Shown here: piece by piece, positions 12,805 to 25,220 of the stretch | Position numbering within the stretch: position 1 is the stretch's first letter | Layout: each line of letters opens with the position of its first letter | Source of the DNA: Haliotis cracherodii | Taxonomy: Eukaryota | Direction of reading: 5' to 3' | Assembly: GCF_022045235.1 (NCBI RefSeq) | Contig: NW_027266264.1 | Span: 80,104,001-80,168,000 of the forward strand | Length of the DNA: 64,000 bases | Notes under the pieces: model-generated | Told to the model about the DNA's origin: nothing | Databases searched by the model: none | What the model saw: only the letters and a program-made list of their open reading frames with translations | Program-made: the position numbers and the translations under genes

Positions 12805-13515
12805 TGAGGTGAAGGTGAGGTGAAATTGGGTTTAACGTATTTTTCATCAAGTTATCTGGGAGCAGAGGTAAAAGGTATTTTTTCATATAGTAGGATGATC
12901 CAGGCAAAAGTTTCACCATTCTACACCTTTTAATTTCGGAGAAAATATCGAAACATTTTCAACCCGGCCCAAACTGTCCACTGATGGCAGGCCAGTTTTT
13001 TGGGGCCAAAGTTTCTTGTGTGTCTTTTACCCAGCTATTGCTTCAGCCATCAAAGCATGGGCTAGGTGCCTATAGCACTTCAAAGAGGGGTCTGTTCCTT
13101 GTGACCATTTCCTTAATTACGACCCCTGGTATCCCGGACACCAACCTTTACAGTTGGAGGTGAGGTGAGATGAAATTGGGTTTAACGTCGCGTCCAAGAT
13201 TATTGCACTTATCTAGCGACGTGCATGTACGTGTGTGTGTTTGTGTGGCTGCTTGTACTAGTCCGGACTGATGCCGATTTATAGTGCTAGCTCACTGAGA
13301 TACCATGCCGCAGTTTAACATGAATACCCCACTCAGACACAGCATACTGACTCCGAGCCGACCAGTCCTTGTTTTAGCCCCTTAATGCCGAGCGCCAGAC
13401 AGGGTAACAACAAGTACCATCTTTTAACGTATCTTTGTCGACGCGGCCGGGCATCGAACCCCCGAGCTTCCGATCTCCGGGCGGACGCTCTACCACTAGA
13501 CCACGGAGGCGGTCT
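12805..13515 (-). mobile_element. Composite insertion: full family-B SINE (13157-13514) + ~315 bp unrelated DNA + second B tail (12805-12838)
   Basis: TSD tacaccactagg at 12793-12804 and 13516-13527. tRNA-like head gaccgcctccgtggtctagtggtagagcg...ggttcgatgcc. Confidence 0.85.
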
Positions 13516-13561
13516 TACACCACTAGGGATACGATGATACAGTCAAACGCAAGTCTAATCT

Positions 13562-13803
13562 AAGATCCGGGTAAGAATGGGTCTTCAGCAACACATGCTA
13601 GCCGTAAAAGGCGTCTATGCTTGTTGTAAGAGGCGACTAACGGGATCGAGTGGTCAGACTCGCTGACATTGTTGTGCATGTCATCGTATACCAATTATTG
13701 TATTGCGTGGCTCGATGTTCATGCTGTCGATCACTGGATTGTCTTGCTCAGGCTCGATTAATTATTGCTATGCCACGTTAACAAACAAACAAACAATCAA
13801 ACA
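13562..13803 (+). mobile_element. Family-C retroposon
   Basis: aagatccgggtaagaatgggtcttcagcaac...aagaggcgactaacgggatcg, with an (aaac)n tail. Confidence 0.85.
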
Positions 13804-14962
13804 CAACTTAATATCTATACGGATTGTGATGTGCTATATAGGCTTGGACCAGACATACCAGTAGGGATACAATGAGACACAATCAGACCCACCCGAGTCA
13901 AATCAAGCTACCAGATTGGCATTTAAGTAACGTATTACGACAGATAGAACAGCCGCTTCTACCCCAGGTCCACCACGGAGAAAGAGCATTGAAGACGGGT
14001 ACATGAAGTACCCGTACCTCAATGTGCAGGTGCCTTCAATAGACCTGCCGCAACTGTTATACTTGCATTAGCACGGATCAGGTGGCTGTACGCGGAACAA
14101 CCCCCAGCAGTTTACGTTGTGATGTCGGCGGGGGTCATCCACTGACCACACACCCTTTAACCATTGATAACCCCTCTATAGCATCAGCCGGTTCCCGCCC
14201 ACCGGCAGAAAGGGACAACGGGCACCTGCTGACGGCGCTTTCATCAGCTCAGGTGGGGAGGTTCAAGGGGAGACGTCTTTCGCTGGGAGGTCATTCGGGA
14301 GTCGGGCAAGGGGCAGGGAGGAGGGACAAGAGTCATTACTTGGGGCTCATCGCAGTTCTTCTTGGGAGAAAACCCGTCTTTAAGAGTTCAGGACCCTACT
14401 TGAGTTGGAGGTGTATTCTATACAGAATCACTTGAGAGATGGTCTTCGATCGCAAGTAAAACCTTACCATTTAGAAATGGGATTCTTTATTGTTAGCTGT
14501 TTGCAGTAAAGCGTGCAATTAAAACTTCAAGGTGCCGACAACTGATTGAAAAACTCAGTAATGGTGGGAAAAGGGGATATAATAAAGGTGGTAAGCATTA
14601 TAATGTAGCACATTTTCTCAAACCCCGGAGAGACTTCAAATTAGCTGTGCCTCTTTCCAATTACAGACCAATGCCACTTACATATGTAGGCTGGCTGTTC
14701 AAAAGATCATCCCGACGAACTTATAAGAACCATTCATTCTCCCTTATCTTTCACCAGAGGTACCAGGCACGGCCTTGAGCTAAAATGGAGAATTAATGCA
14801 AATATCAGCAGATTTGGGTTATAAATGTCAATATCATATTTCCATAAACCGTTTCTTCATAAAGTATAGGGCTTCATAAAACACCCAAGAACAATCACTG
14901 ACCGCAGCTGCCCTTACAGCCGTCCAAACTCCCCGTGCAGCGCCAGGATGATAATGATCCTT

Positions 14963-15372
14963 CGTGTGTCAGCACCATACACGTGCACCATCGTGTGTCA
15001 GCACCTAACACGTGCACCATTGTGTGTGCACCTTATACGTGCACCATCGTGTGTCAGCACCTTATACGTGCACGATCGCGTGTCAGCACCTTACACGTGC
15101 ACCATTGTGTGTCAGCACCTAACACGTGCACCATTGTGTGTGCACCTTATACGTGCACCATCGTGTGTCAGCACCTTATACGTGCACGATCGCGTGTCAG
15201 CACCTTACACTTGCACCATCGTGTGTCAGTACCTTACACGTGCACCATCGTGTGTTAGCACCTTACACGTGCACCATCGTGTGTCTGCACCGTATACGTG
15301 CCCCATCGTGTGTCAGCACCTTACACGTGCAACATCGTGTATCAGCACCTTATACGTGCACCATCGTGTGTC
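14963..15372. repeat. 29-bp minisatellite (~14 copies, some 27-bp variants)
   Basis: Unit cgtgtgtcagcaccttacacgtgcaccat. Confidence 0.9.
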
Positions 15373-16393
15373 ATCATCATCCCTTAATCATAGTTATGTA
15401 GTAGTCCTCTGCGGATGTACCCAGCTCGTAACAAACACTCTGGGATAACAACTAAATAATGTTCAAAAGGGCGTTTAACCAACACACTCACTAAATAACC
15501 AAAGGTCTATTTGTGCAGAATGACATCCCTTACCAGCGCCAGGATCCGCTGACAGTAGCCTTGAATCCAGATTATCTCTGATTATGATCCTTCGTTTGTC
15601 AGCCCCCGACCATCGATCGATGGTTTCATCCAAGTGGTGGGGGACTTTCATCCCACACTTACCGACAAACCGTGATGAAAAACGAACCCGACTCACTCAC
15701 TCACCCACTCACTCAGAAGAGTGACTGTTTTGTAATATAACTTGATATGACAGTAACCAAAAGAAGCTGATACGCTGGTACGGCGCGACAATGTACGCGG
15801 TCATGTCCGACCCGACATCACAGCCAGAGGCCGACAAGTTTAACGCGTTTACACGATGTAATCTGTGAAATTAAAGTGAGACAACGAGGCCATGCCATGC
15901 ACGTCCCTCGACATTGTCGCTCGTTGACAGGCATAGTTGTCAGTGATAGGCAACAAGTGTGTATGTCCCAGACCCTGTATGCAGTTGAGACCTCCCTCGT
16001 CAATCACCATCTCTCCCAGGAACAATGAGCGTTAAGCAAACATGAGATAATTATGTTGACTGACCGCAGTGGGGTCTTGGGGGCGCTCGGTGCAGGACAA
16101 GTGTGTATTTTGTCATCAGGTCTGTGTAACCGAATGTTGCAATATGTATTTCCTATTATAAGAATTGGATACATAGGCGGGACATATTTCATAGTGACAG
16201 ATTCCTATCAGTCATCTTCATCATCGTCGTCGATATCATCAGTGTGAATACGATAGTAGAAACGAGGCAGTGGACATGGGGATGTTCAGTTTAGAAGAGG
16301 TTTGGGGGAAGACTACCCTGGCAATGCCAACTCGTATTGTGGGCTGGCTGAATGTTGTAGTTGCACGGCGTACCCGGCGTTGACACACCAGCC

Positions 16394-16753
16394 GTAAAAC
16401 GCCATCTGCTAAACATCATCTGTGAAACACCATCTGTGAAACATCATCCGTGAAACACCATCTGTGAAACACCATCTGTGAAACATCATCCGTGAAATAC
16501 CATCTGTTAAATACCACCCATGAAACATCATCTGTGAAACACCATCTGTGAAACACCATCTGTGAAACGCCATCTGCGAAACATCATCTGTGAAACACCG
16601 TCTGTGAAACATCATCCGTGAAACACCATCTGTTAAACATCATCCGTGAAACACCACCCGTGAGATACCACCTCTGAAACACCATCTGTGAAACACCACC
16701 CGTGACGCATCATCCGTGAAACACCATTCGTGAAACACCATCTGCGAAACACC
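16394..16753. repeat. 14-bp minisatellite (~25 copies)
   Basis: Unit gtgaaacaccatct. Confidence 0.9.
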
Positions 16754-17144
16754 AAGAATTGGCTTGACAACTCGTTCCTGTTTGGGGAAATGGTAGCACA
16801 GGTTTAACGATTTAGACAGGTTTCTAATATGAAACATCTTCCACCTTTAATCACGTTAGTCAGGTCAGTTCAAGAAAATTAACAAATTGTATGTTCAGTT
16901 TACTCCTAACCTCTGAGTGTCTGAAAATAGATGGATATTCTTCTTATTATAATGTTTATTTTTTTACCAGGTATAAATGTGCAAAATATTGGTTCATTCG
17001 TCCCTTGTCGGATGAAGCCTCGACTGTTTTAAAAAAACACCCTCTTTAGAGCGCCTTATGCTCAAATAAATCTTGCAGGCAGGGGTAAGAAGTGTGCAAA
17101 CAATTTAGCAGGCTGAAGGTTGAGACTTCAGGCGAGCTAATGTG

Positions 17145-17357
17145 TATGAGTGTGGTTGTTTTACGCCGCTTTAGCACAATTTAAGCCATAACAATAAGTA
17201 GTAAACCCAGATTTGACTTTACAGATTTATAGAGGATCGACCCCAAGACTTCGGCATAACGAGTAAACACTTCACCCACAAGGCTACCCTCGTGGCCATA
17301 CAAGTTACGAAAAGAATGGATTGCTGAAGACCTATTCTTTACCTGGATCTTCACAGC
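17145..17357 (-). mobile_element. Degenerate family-A SINE abutting a family-C head fragment
   Basis: A-like 'ttttacgccgctttagcac...atcgaccccaagacttcggcataacgag...aggctaccc', then C-like 'ggattgctgaagacctattcttttacctggatcttcac'. Confidence 0.65.
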
Positions 17358-17855
17358 TGTGATTTTGTATACATCCATGTTTGATGGTGGCTAAAAATGA
17401 AACAAACACGAAATGGTGATTGGATGGTGGAGTTTTTGATACATGTACGGGTAACATAGTTGTGTTTCGGCGACAGTTTTCAGTCCAGTAACGTTTTGAC
17501 AACGGTAGTGAAGTTTGGTGAAATCTAATGTTCAAGTGTATACAATTCTTTTGCCCAACAGTTTAGTAGGTGGTCGCATTTGTTCGAGTTATGCATTTGT
17601 ATGCTATTTTAATGTATGAAAATGCAAAGCCTGACAAACAATGAAACAATGTGTTTGTATAAAACGTTATTACGGCGAGAGTATCCCTTCAGCGGAGGCC
17701 ACGTCAAAGACACGAGCGTTGTTCCAAGAAGCGAGCAATATGTCGCAAATTCATAGTTTATTTCGTAGTTGCTAGAAATGCAGTAAATCCGCAAAACGTT
17801 GACAGTTTCTTTCATCTTACCAACTGCCAGTATATGGTCATTTTTCATCATAATC

Positions 17856-18070
17856 GACCCGTGAAGATTCCGGTGTAGAACAGGTCTTCAGCAACCCATG
17901 CTTGCCGTAAAAGGTGACTATACTTGTCGTAAAAGGCGACAATTGCGTGGATCGATGCTCATGACATTAATCACTGGATTGTCTGGTCCAGACTCGATTA
18001 TTTACAGACCGCCGTCATATAGCTGGAATATTCCTGAGTGCGGCGTTAAACAACAAACCAACCAACCAAC
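17856..18070 (+). mobile_element. Family-C retroposon with internal deletion and 10-bp TSD
   Basis: TSD catcataatc at 17846-17855 and 18071-18080. The element starts exactly at GACCCG. Confidence 0.92.
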
Positions 18071-19424
18071 CATCATAATCATAAACTGTTTCAAACAATA
18101 TCTGCGGCACATTTGATGTTTTCAAATATATACATAGATAACACCAGCAGTCTTGACTTCGTCACCTTCACCTGGCCATGGGGGTGGGAGATATATTGCA
18201 GTTGTCTCCAACCTTTCCATGATATGATATATATTCATCGGCTTTAACCAAAATCCCCTTAATCTATTTCTCTTTGGAAAAAACACATAAATACCACACA
18301 CGGAACATTTTCTCCTTAATTTATAACGCGAATTGGTATCTTGGTTTCCTATGTTCGTTGGAGATTGCCATAATTAAATCTCAGATTTTATTTGCCATCT
18401 ATTGGCCGAGTACAGTCTTATTGCTTTCAGTTAAGTCCGAAGCAAAACTAATCCTATCAAAGTTCTGAGTGACGGTTTTCTTTGATGCGTGATATGAAAG
18501 TTTCTCCCGCGAGCTCAATATTACATCATTATCAATTCACCCTAATTATGCATTGGAGGAATATAGCTCATATTCATTACAGATTGATTTCGAATCAATT
18601 CAAACATGCATCATGCACATCAGCGAATGGGATCATACATGGACGCCATCAAACACGATCATGTCAGAATGAACACACGTGCTTACACCAGCACTCGTGG
18701 GGCACGCCCTTACGATCAAACGACGTAAAGAAAGCTCGTGAGTTGGGTTCAGCTCGCTTATGCTAATGAGTGTTCTCGAGTGAAAGAGGTACACAGTGCT
18801 ATTAATTCGCGGGGATGTATTAAACAAGGAACTTAATGCAAGGCGTGAGTGGTCGTGATTAGAACTGCAAGGTCCTCGTTTTCGGATGACCCGTGCCGTG
18901 GACACGTGGGGGAAGAGAACACCAAGTTGTGTTCGCACATTTACAAATACACCCGCGTCAGTCATACATATTCATTACAGGAGCGGTCTCTGTGACTCAG
19001 AATTGGAATATACCATCACAGAAGTCAGGAAGTTGTGCTTCTCCTCGGGTCACGCGTAATAGATTCTTGAGCTATCTACCAACACTGCATTCATTAAATT
19101 CCTACTCGTCCAGTGTCTATAATGAATTTTATTTGAAATCAACATCTTACTAAACATTGTTAGGAAATGTAAGTGTTCGTCAATAAAGAAAGTGGTATAA
19201 TGGAAAGCTCTGGCTGTGTTACATTCCAAGAAAGAGTTTTGTGATACTGGTATTTGTCCAACTGTCATACAACTGCCGGGCAAAAGAACGTATACACCAA
19301 AGGTTGATGAAACAAACAAGAAATGGTTATTCGATGGTGATGTGTTTGATACGGCTATTGTTACGTGTCGATTCCCAAATTGAAACAATATGTTAACACA
19401 GAAATATGTACGTAAAAGAAGTTA

Positions 19425-19595
19425 CAGCAACACATGCTTGCCGTAAAAGGCGACTATGCTTGTAGGAGGCGACTAACGGGATCGGGTGGTCTGGCTCGCT
19501 GGCTTGGCTGAGGCATGTGGTCCAGACTCGAATATTTACAGACCGCCGTCATATAGCTGGAATATTGCTGAGTGCGGCTTCAAACAACAAACAAA
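19425..19595 (+). mobile_element. Family-C retroposon, truncated
   Basis: cagcaacacatgcttgccgtaaaaggcgacta...gctggaatattgctgagtgcggcttcaaacaacaaacaaac. Confidence 0.85.
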
Positions 19596-20485
19596 CACTA
19601 GGTTTACAAATCAACACAAATTGCTGCACAGCAATTACAATGACATTACACAATATAATATAATGACAGTGGTAAGTATCAAATTAAAAAATACAGTGGT
19701 GCTCGCAAAAGTCAGTGATAATAATATATATTCACCCAGAGGCGACAGTTGTCAAGCTTCCGAGATGGGCTACGCAGGGAATGAGGGATGATGAGTGATC
19801 CTCACATAAAAGCTGGTTCCGATATGATGAAATGCGTGAGATATCCCTAAAGACTAACTAGCTACTGGAAAATTCTACGCTACCCTATCGTATACAACAT
19901 GACTCGTGTAAGCATACTGTGTCATGCCATGTCCAATACATTTATATTATACATATTTATACATATGTGATACAGATGGTGTCGAATATTATATGATTTA
20001 ATAATGTGTTTGTTGCTTAACGCTGCAGTCAGCAATATTCCAGTTTTGTTCGAGTCTTGACGAGGCAAACCAGTGATCGATATTATAAGCAACGCCCCAC
20101 GCCGTCCGCTGTCCTGACCTGCTTTCCATTTGTTCGACCAGCGGTATCGAATTAAGAAATACAATATGTCCAGGCATCATGTATTGTCTATAAGATGATG
20201 CTTAGGCCCCGAATTGTTTTATTTAGACCAGGAGTTCGGTTTCGAGGGTGATTCATAGGCACTGAAACCTCTAAATTGAAAGCACAGTATTGCTTCAATA
20301 AACTAACTCACCGAGCAGCCTCACCATCCAATCCTCTTTGCTGCATTTCACGACAAGCCCCTTCTGTAACTGGAACATAGCTAAATTCCATCCGCCATTA
20401 CGACCGGAATGTTGCTCAAGGCGCGAAATCAAACTCACCCCTTCGACATTTCTTGTCGATGACCTGTGTGTTTTTATGTGAACTC

Positions 20486-20670
20486 ACCCATGTAAATTCC
20501 GAGTTAGAATAGGTGCCTACAAATCTGTGTTAGTCGTGGGGCTACTTAATCGATGGGGTGGTCAGGCTGGGTAATGTGATTGATTTCGCGACATCGTACC
20601 TCGACGATATGGGACGTTGCTCATAATATCAATCACTAGTTTGTCTGGTCCAGATTCGATTATTTACAGA
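20486..20670 (+). mobile_element. Degenerate family-C copy
   Basis: 'ccgagttagaataggtgcc...gggtggtcaggct...atcaatcactagtttgtctggtccagattcgattatttacaga'. Confidence 0.7.
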
Positions 20671-21641
20671 CTCGAGTCAACCTCGCTGGGAGTGCCAACT
20701 GGCACGAGCCTAGCCCCCTTTAACTGGTATGACAGTATTGTTGGTACACTCAAACAACGCATGCGCCATCGCAGTCTTCCGTTTCCGGGGTTGTTTTTTT
20801 CCACATTCCAACTCTTGTGATTGGATATGTTCTACAACTGACCAGTACCGAATCAGGTCAACTAGTCTAAACGACCATTATGGCCAATGATCAAGACAAA
20901 CACAATGACTAGTCACGGAGCCCCGTATTAAATAAGCTGGTTACTACCGAACACCGGTTCTCGAGTTGCACCAAATTTAGCGTTTAATGTTCTTCTGTCC
21001 GACACAAAGCTATAAATCAATACACTTCACATCGCTTGAATAGTCTAACATGATTTGCTCGACCTCGGCGTGTGCGTTTACATGTAATACTTATTTGACC
21101 ACTGACATCGTGGCCAGCGGCACTGCTGAGATCGCTAATCGTTCAATATGAGGGGATTAGGTGGGTCGGGGGTCCTTGTATTGGTTGCAAGAACAATTAC
21201 AGTGTTATGCCACAAGACGTGGATCGGCTAATTGCAGCCTTGCTGCTACGGATAAGGTTGCATGTGATTCATTGGTCAATTACTACTGTATAAAATCCAC
21301 CATCATTGACCGTCTAGGGGAGATAACTTTAAAGCGAGTTAATTGCTTCCTGTAAAGGAGATGACAGGTCTTATGAATAGTGATGTACGGAGTTAAGACA
21401 ATACCGCTTTGAGGAGACCCTGCGAGGCTGATGTTCATCCCATACATCACATTTATGCGCAAGTCGTATAAGTCAGTTACGGACATGTTTCAGAGGCAGA
21501 ACACAGTGCATAAAGATGAGGTTGCTGTCGCCAAAACAATTATCTTTCTTCCAATTTGGTCGTCCAACTAACACCTTCTACGTCTCGGCAACACGTTCTG
21601 TAATACAGGAATGGCCCAATTAATAAGAGGCACAAGAGCTG

Positions 21642-22914
21642 TCGTGGTTCAGACAGTTGCGCTGCAGGGGTAAAACATTGTATCATGATGATGGTTCACT
21701 GTGCTACGTGTGATTCAGTCGGGCTGTCGGGGTAAAACATAGTGGTTCTCTATGCGTCATGTGATTCAGTCGGGCTGTCGGGGTAAAATATGGTGGTTCA
21801 CTGTGCATCATGTGGTTCAGACAGTCCCGCTGCCGGGCTAAAACATTGTATCATGATGGTGGTTCACTGTGTGTCATGTGGTTCAGACAGTCCCGCTGCC
21901 GGGGTAAAACATTGTATCATGATGGCGGTACACTGTGCGTCATGTTGTTCAGAGAGTCGCGCTGCAGGGGTAAAACATTGTATCATGATGGTGGTTCACT
22001 TTGTGTCATGTGGTTCAGTCAGTCGCGCCCCCGGGGTAAAACATTGTATCATGATGGCGGTACACTGTGCGTCATGTGGTTCAGAGAGTCGGGCTGCCGG
22101 GGTAAAACATTGTATCATGATGGTGGTTCACTGTGTGCCATGTGGTTCAGACAGTCGCGCTGCAGGGGTAAAACATTGTATCATGATGGTGGTTCACTGT
22201 GCGTCATGTGGTTGAGACAGTCGCGCTGCCGGGGTAAAACATTGTATCATGATGGCGGTACACTGTGCGTCATGTGGTTCAGACAGTCGGGCTGCCGGGG
22301 TAAAACATTGTATCATGATGGTGGTTCACTGTGTGCCATGTGGTTCAGACAGTCGCGCTGCCGGGGTAAAACATTGTATCATGATGGTGGTACACTGTGC
22401 CTCATGTGGTTCAGACAGTCGCGCTGTCGGAGTAAAACATTATATCATTATGGTGGTTCACTGTGTGTCATGTGGTTCAGACAGTCGGGGTCAAACATTG
22501 TATCATGATGGTGGTTCACAGTGCCTCATGTGGTTCAGACAGTCGGGGTAAAACATTGTATCATGATGGTGGTTCACTGTGTGTCATGTGGTTCAGACAG
22601 TCCCGCTGCCGGGGTAAAACATTATATCATGATGGTGGTTCACAGTGCCTCATGTGGCTCAGACAGTCGGGGTCAAACATTGTATCATGATGGTGGTTCA
22701 CTGTGCATCATGTGGTTCAGACAGTCGCGCAGCCGGGGTAAAACATTGTATCATGATGGTGGTTCACTGTACGTCATGTGGTTCAGTCGCGCTGCCGGGG
22801 TAAAACATTGTATCATGATGGTGGTTCACTGTGCGTCATGTGGTTCAGACAGTCGCGCTGCCGGGGTAAAACATTGTATCATGATGGTGGTTCACTGTGC
22901 GTCATGTGGTTCAG
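21642..22914. repeat. 66-bp minisatellite (~19 copies)
   Basis: Unit tcatgtggttcagacagtcgcgctgccggggtaaaacattgtatcatgatggtggttcactgtgcg. It explains the periodic ORFs at 21790-23033. Confidence 0.92.
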
Positions 22915-22939
22915 CACACGACTGTATCGACGGAGACAC

Positions 22940-23308
22940 TAACACACATCACTTTGAACACATGGTACAGGAGACACAAGTACACATCACTTTAAACACA
23001 TGGTACAGAAGACACAAACACACAACACTTTAAACAAATGGTACATAAGACAAACACACAACACTTTAAACACATGGTACATAAGACAAACACACAACAC
23101 TTTGAACACATGGTACAGAAGACAAACACACAACACTTTGAACACATGGTACAGAAGACACAAACACACAACACTTTAAACACATGGTACATAAGACAAA
23201 CACACAACACTTTAAACACATGGTACATAAGACAAACACACAACACTTTAAACACATGGTACATAAGACAAACACACAACACTTTAAACACATGGTACAT
23301 AAGACACA
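22940..23308. repeat. 36-bp minisatellite (~10 copies)
   Basis: Unit aacacacaacactttaaacacatggtacataagaca. Confidence 0.92.
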
Positions 23309-23854
23309 AGAAGGTGACAAGCCACTGCCTTTAAATGGTTGCCGCATTGACGCCGTGCACCCCGCTCAATCAAACAGGCGAGTATAAGTACAGTTTATAT
23401 AACACGGGACCACATCAGACAGTCCCGCGAACCAAACTATCGAATTAACGCGTGTGAAATCTATGTACATATAAATGGTGTGTTTTGTTGTCTTTCTATC
23501 GTCTCGTATTCATTGGGTTTCACGCAAGTCAATCAGTCCACGTAATAACCGAGTTTCAATTAGTCAACAACTACTTAGAAGTCTTCTGATTACAATCTTG
23601 GGACACATCATTAGCCAGTCCGTCGCCGTGCATACTGTTAGGACATCGCGTCTGTCTGCATACTCTGACATGACCATGGGCAGTTCGGATCACAATGCGC
23701 CGACAGATGTACAGACATGTGCATAAGTATCTTCTTATGGGGATTGGACCTGCCTGGTCTGTATTTCCCAACAAGACAAAGAAAATCTTCATAAATCACC
23801 CTTAGGCCTTGTTGTTTAACGCCACAGCCAGCACTATTCCATTAGCTAAGCTAG

Positions 23855-25220
23855 CATATGGTACTGGGGGCCTATTTTCCCTGGAATCAAAACAGGGAGA
23901 CAATCATCGGGTACTGGGTATCTATTTTTCCCTGGAATCATCAAAGGGAGGCAAGCATTGGGTACTGGAGGCCTATCCTTCCCTGGAATCAAAACAGGGA
24001 GACAATCACTGGGTACTGGGGATCTATTCTGCCCTGGAATCAACACAGGGAGACAAATATTGGGTCTTGGGAATCTATTCTACCCTGGAATTGAACACAG
24101 GGAGACAATCATGGAGTACTGGGGATCTATTCTGCCCTGGAATCAACACAGGGAGACAATCATGGGGTACTGGGGATCTATTCTTCCCTGGAATCAACAC
24201 AGGGAGACAATCATGGAGTACTGGGGATCTATTCTGCCCTGAATCCCCACGGGGAGACAATCATGGAGTACTGGGGATCTATTCTTCCCTGGAATCAACA
24301 CAGGGAGACAATCATGGAGTACTGGGGACCTATTCTTCCCTGAATCCCCACGGGGAGACAATCATGGAGTACTGGGGACCTATTCTTCCCCGAATCCCCA
24401 CGGGGAGACAATCATGGAGTACTGGGGATCTATTCTTCCCTGGAATCAACACAGGGAGACAATCATGGGGTACTGGGGACCTATTCTTCCCTGGAAGCAA
24501 CACAGGGAGACAATCATGGAGTACTGGGGATCTATTCTTCCCTGGAAGCAACACAGGGAGACAATCATGGGGTACTGGGGACCTATTCTTCCCTGGAATC
24601 AACACAGGGAGACAATCATTGGGTACTGGGGACCTATTCTTCCCTGAATCCCCACGGGGAGACAATCATGGAGTACTGGGGATCTATTCTGCCCTGAATC
24701 CCCACGGGGAGACAATCATGGGGTACTGGGGATCTATTCTTCCCTGGAATCAACACAGGGAGACAATCATGGGGTACTGGGGATCTATTCTGCCCTGAAT
24801 CCCCACGGGGAGACAATCATGGAGTACTGGGGATCTATTCTGCCCTGAATCCCCACAGGGGGACAATCATGGAGTACTGGGGATCTATTCTTCCCTGGAA
24901 TCAACACAGGGAGACAATCATGGAGTACTGGGGATCTATTCTTCCCTGAATCCCCACGGGGAGACAATCATGGAGTACTGGGGATCTATTCTTCCCTGAA
25001 TCCCCACGGGGAGACAATCATGGGGTACTGGGGATCTATTCTTCCCTGGAATCCTCACAGGGAGACAATCATGGGGTACCGGGGATCTATTCTGCCATGG
25101 AATCATCACAGGGAGACAATCATTGGGTAGTGTGAATCTATTCTTCCCTGGAATCAACACAGGGAGACAATCATGGAGTACTGGCGACCTATTCTGCCAT
25201 GGATTCACCAAAGGGGAGAC
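23855..25220. repeat. 50/51-bp minisatellite (~27 copies), derived from family-C 5' head
   Basis: Unit gacaatcatggggtactggggatctattcttccctggaatcaacacaggga versus reverse-complement C head gacaagcatgggttgctgaagacctattctaccccggatcttcacgggtc. A reversed C tail precedes it at 23809-23841. Confidence 0.9.

Noticed and set aside
21642-25220. Regular arrays as CRISPR
   Set aside because: The units are contiguous tandem repeats without unique spacers; there are no cas genes and the context is eukaryotic.
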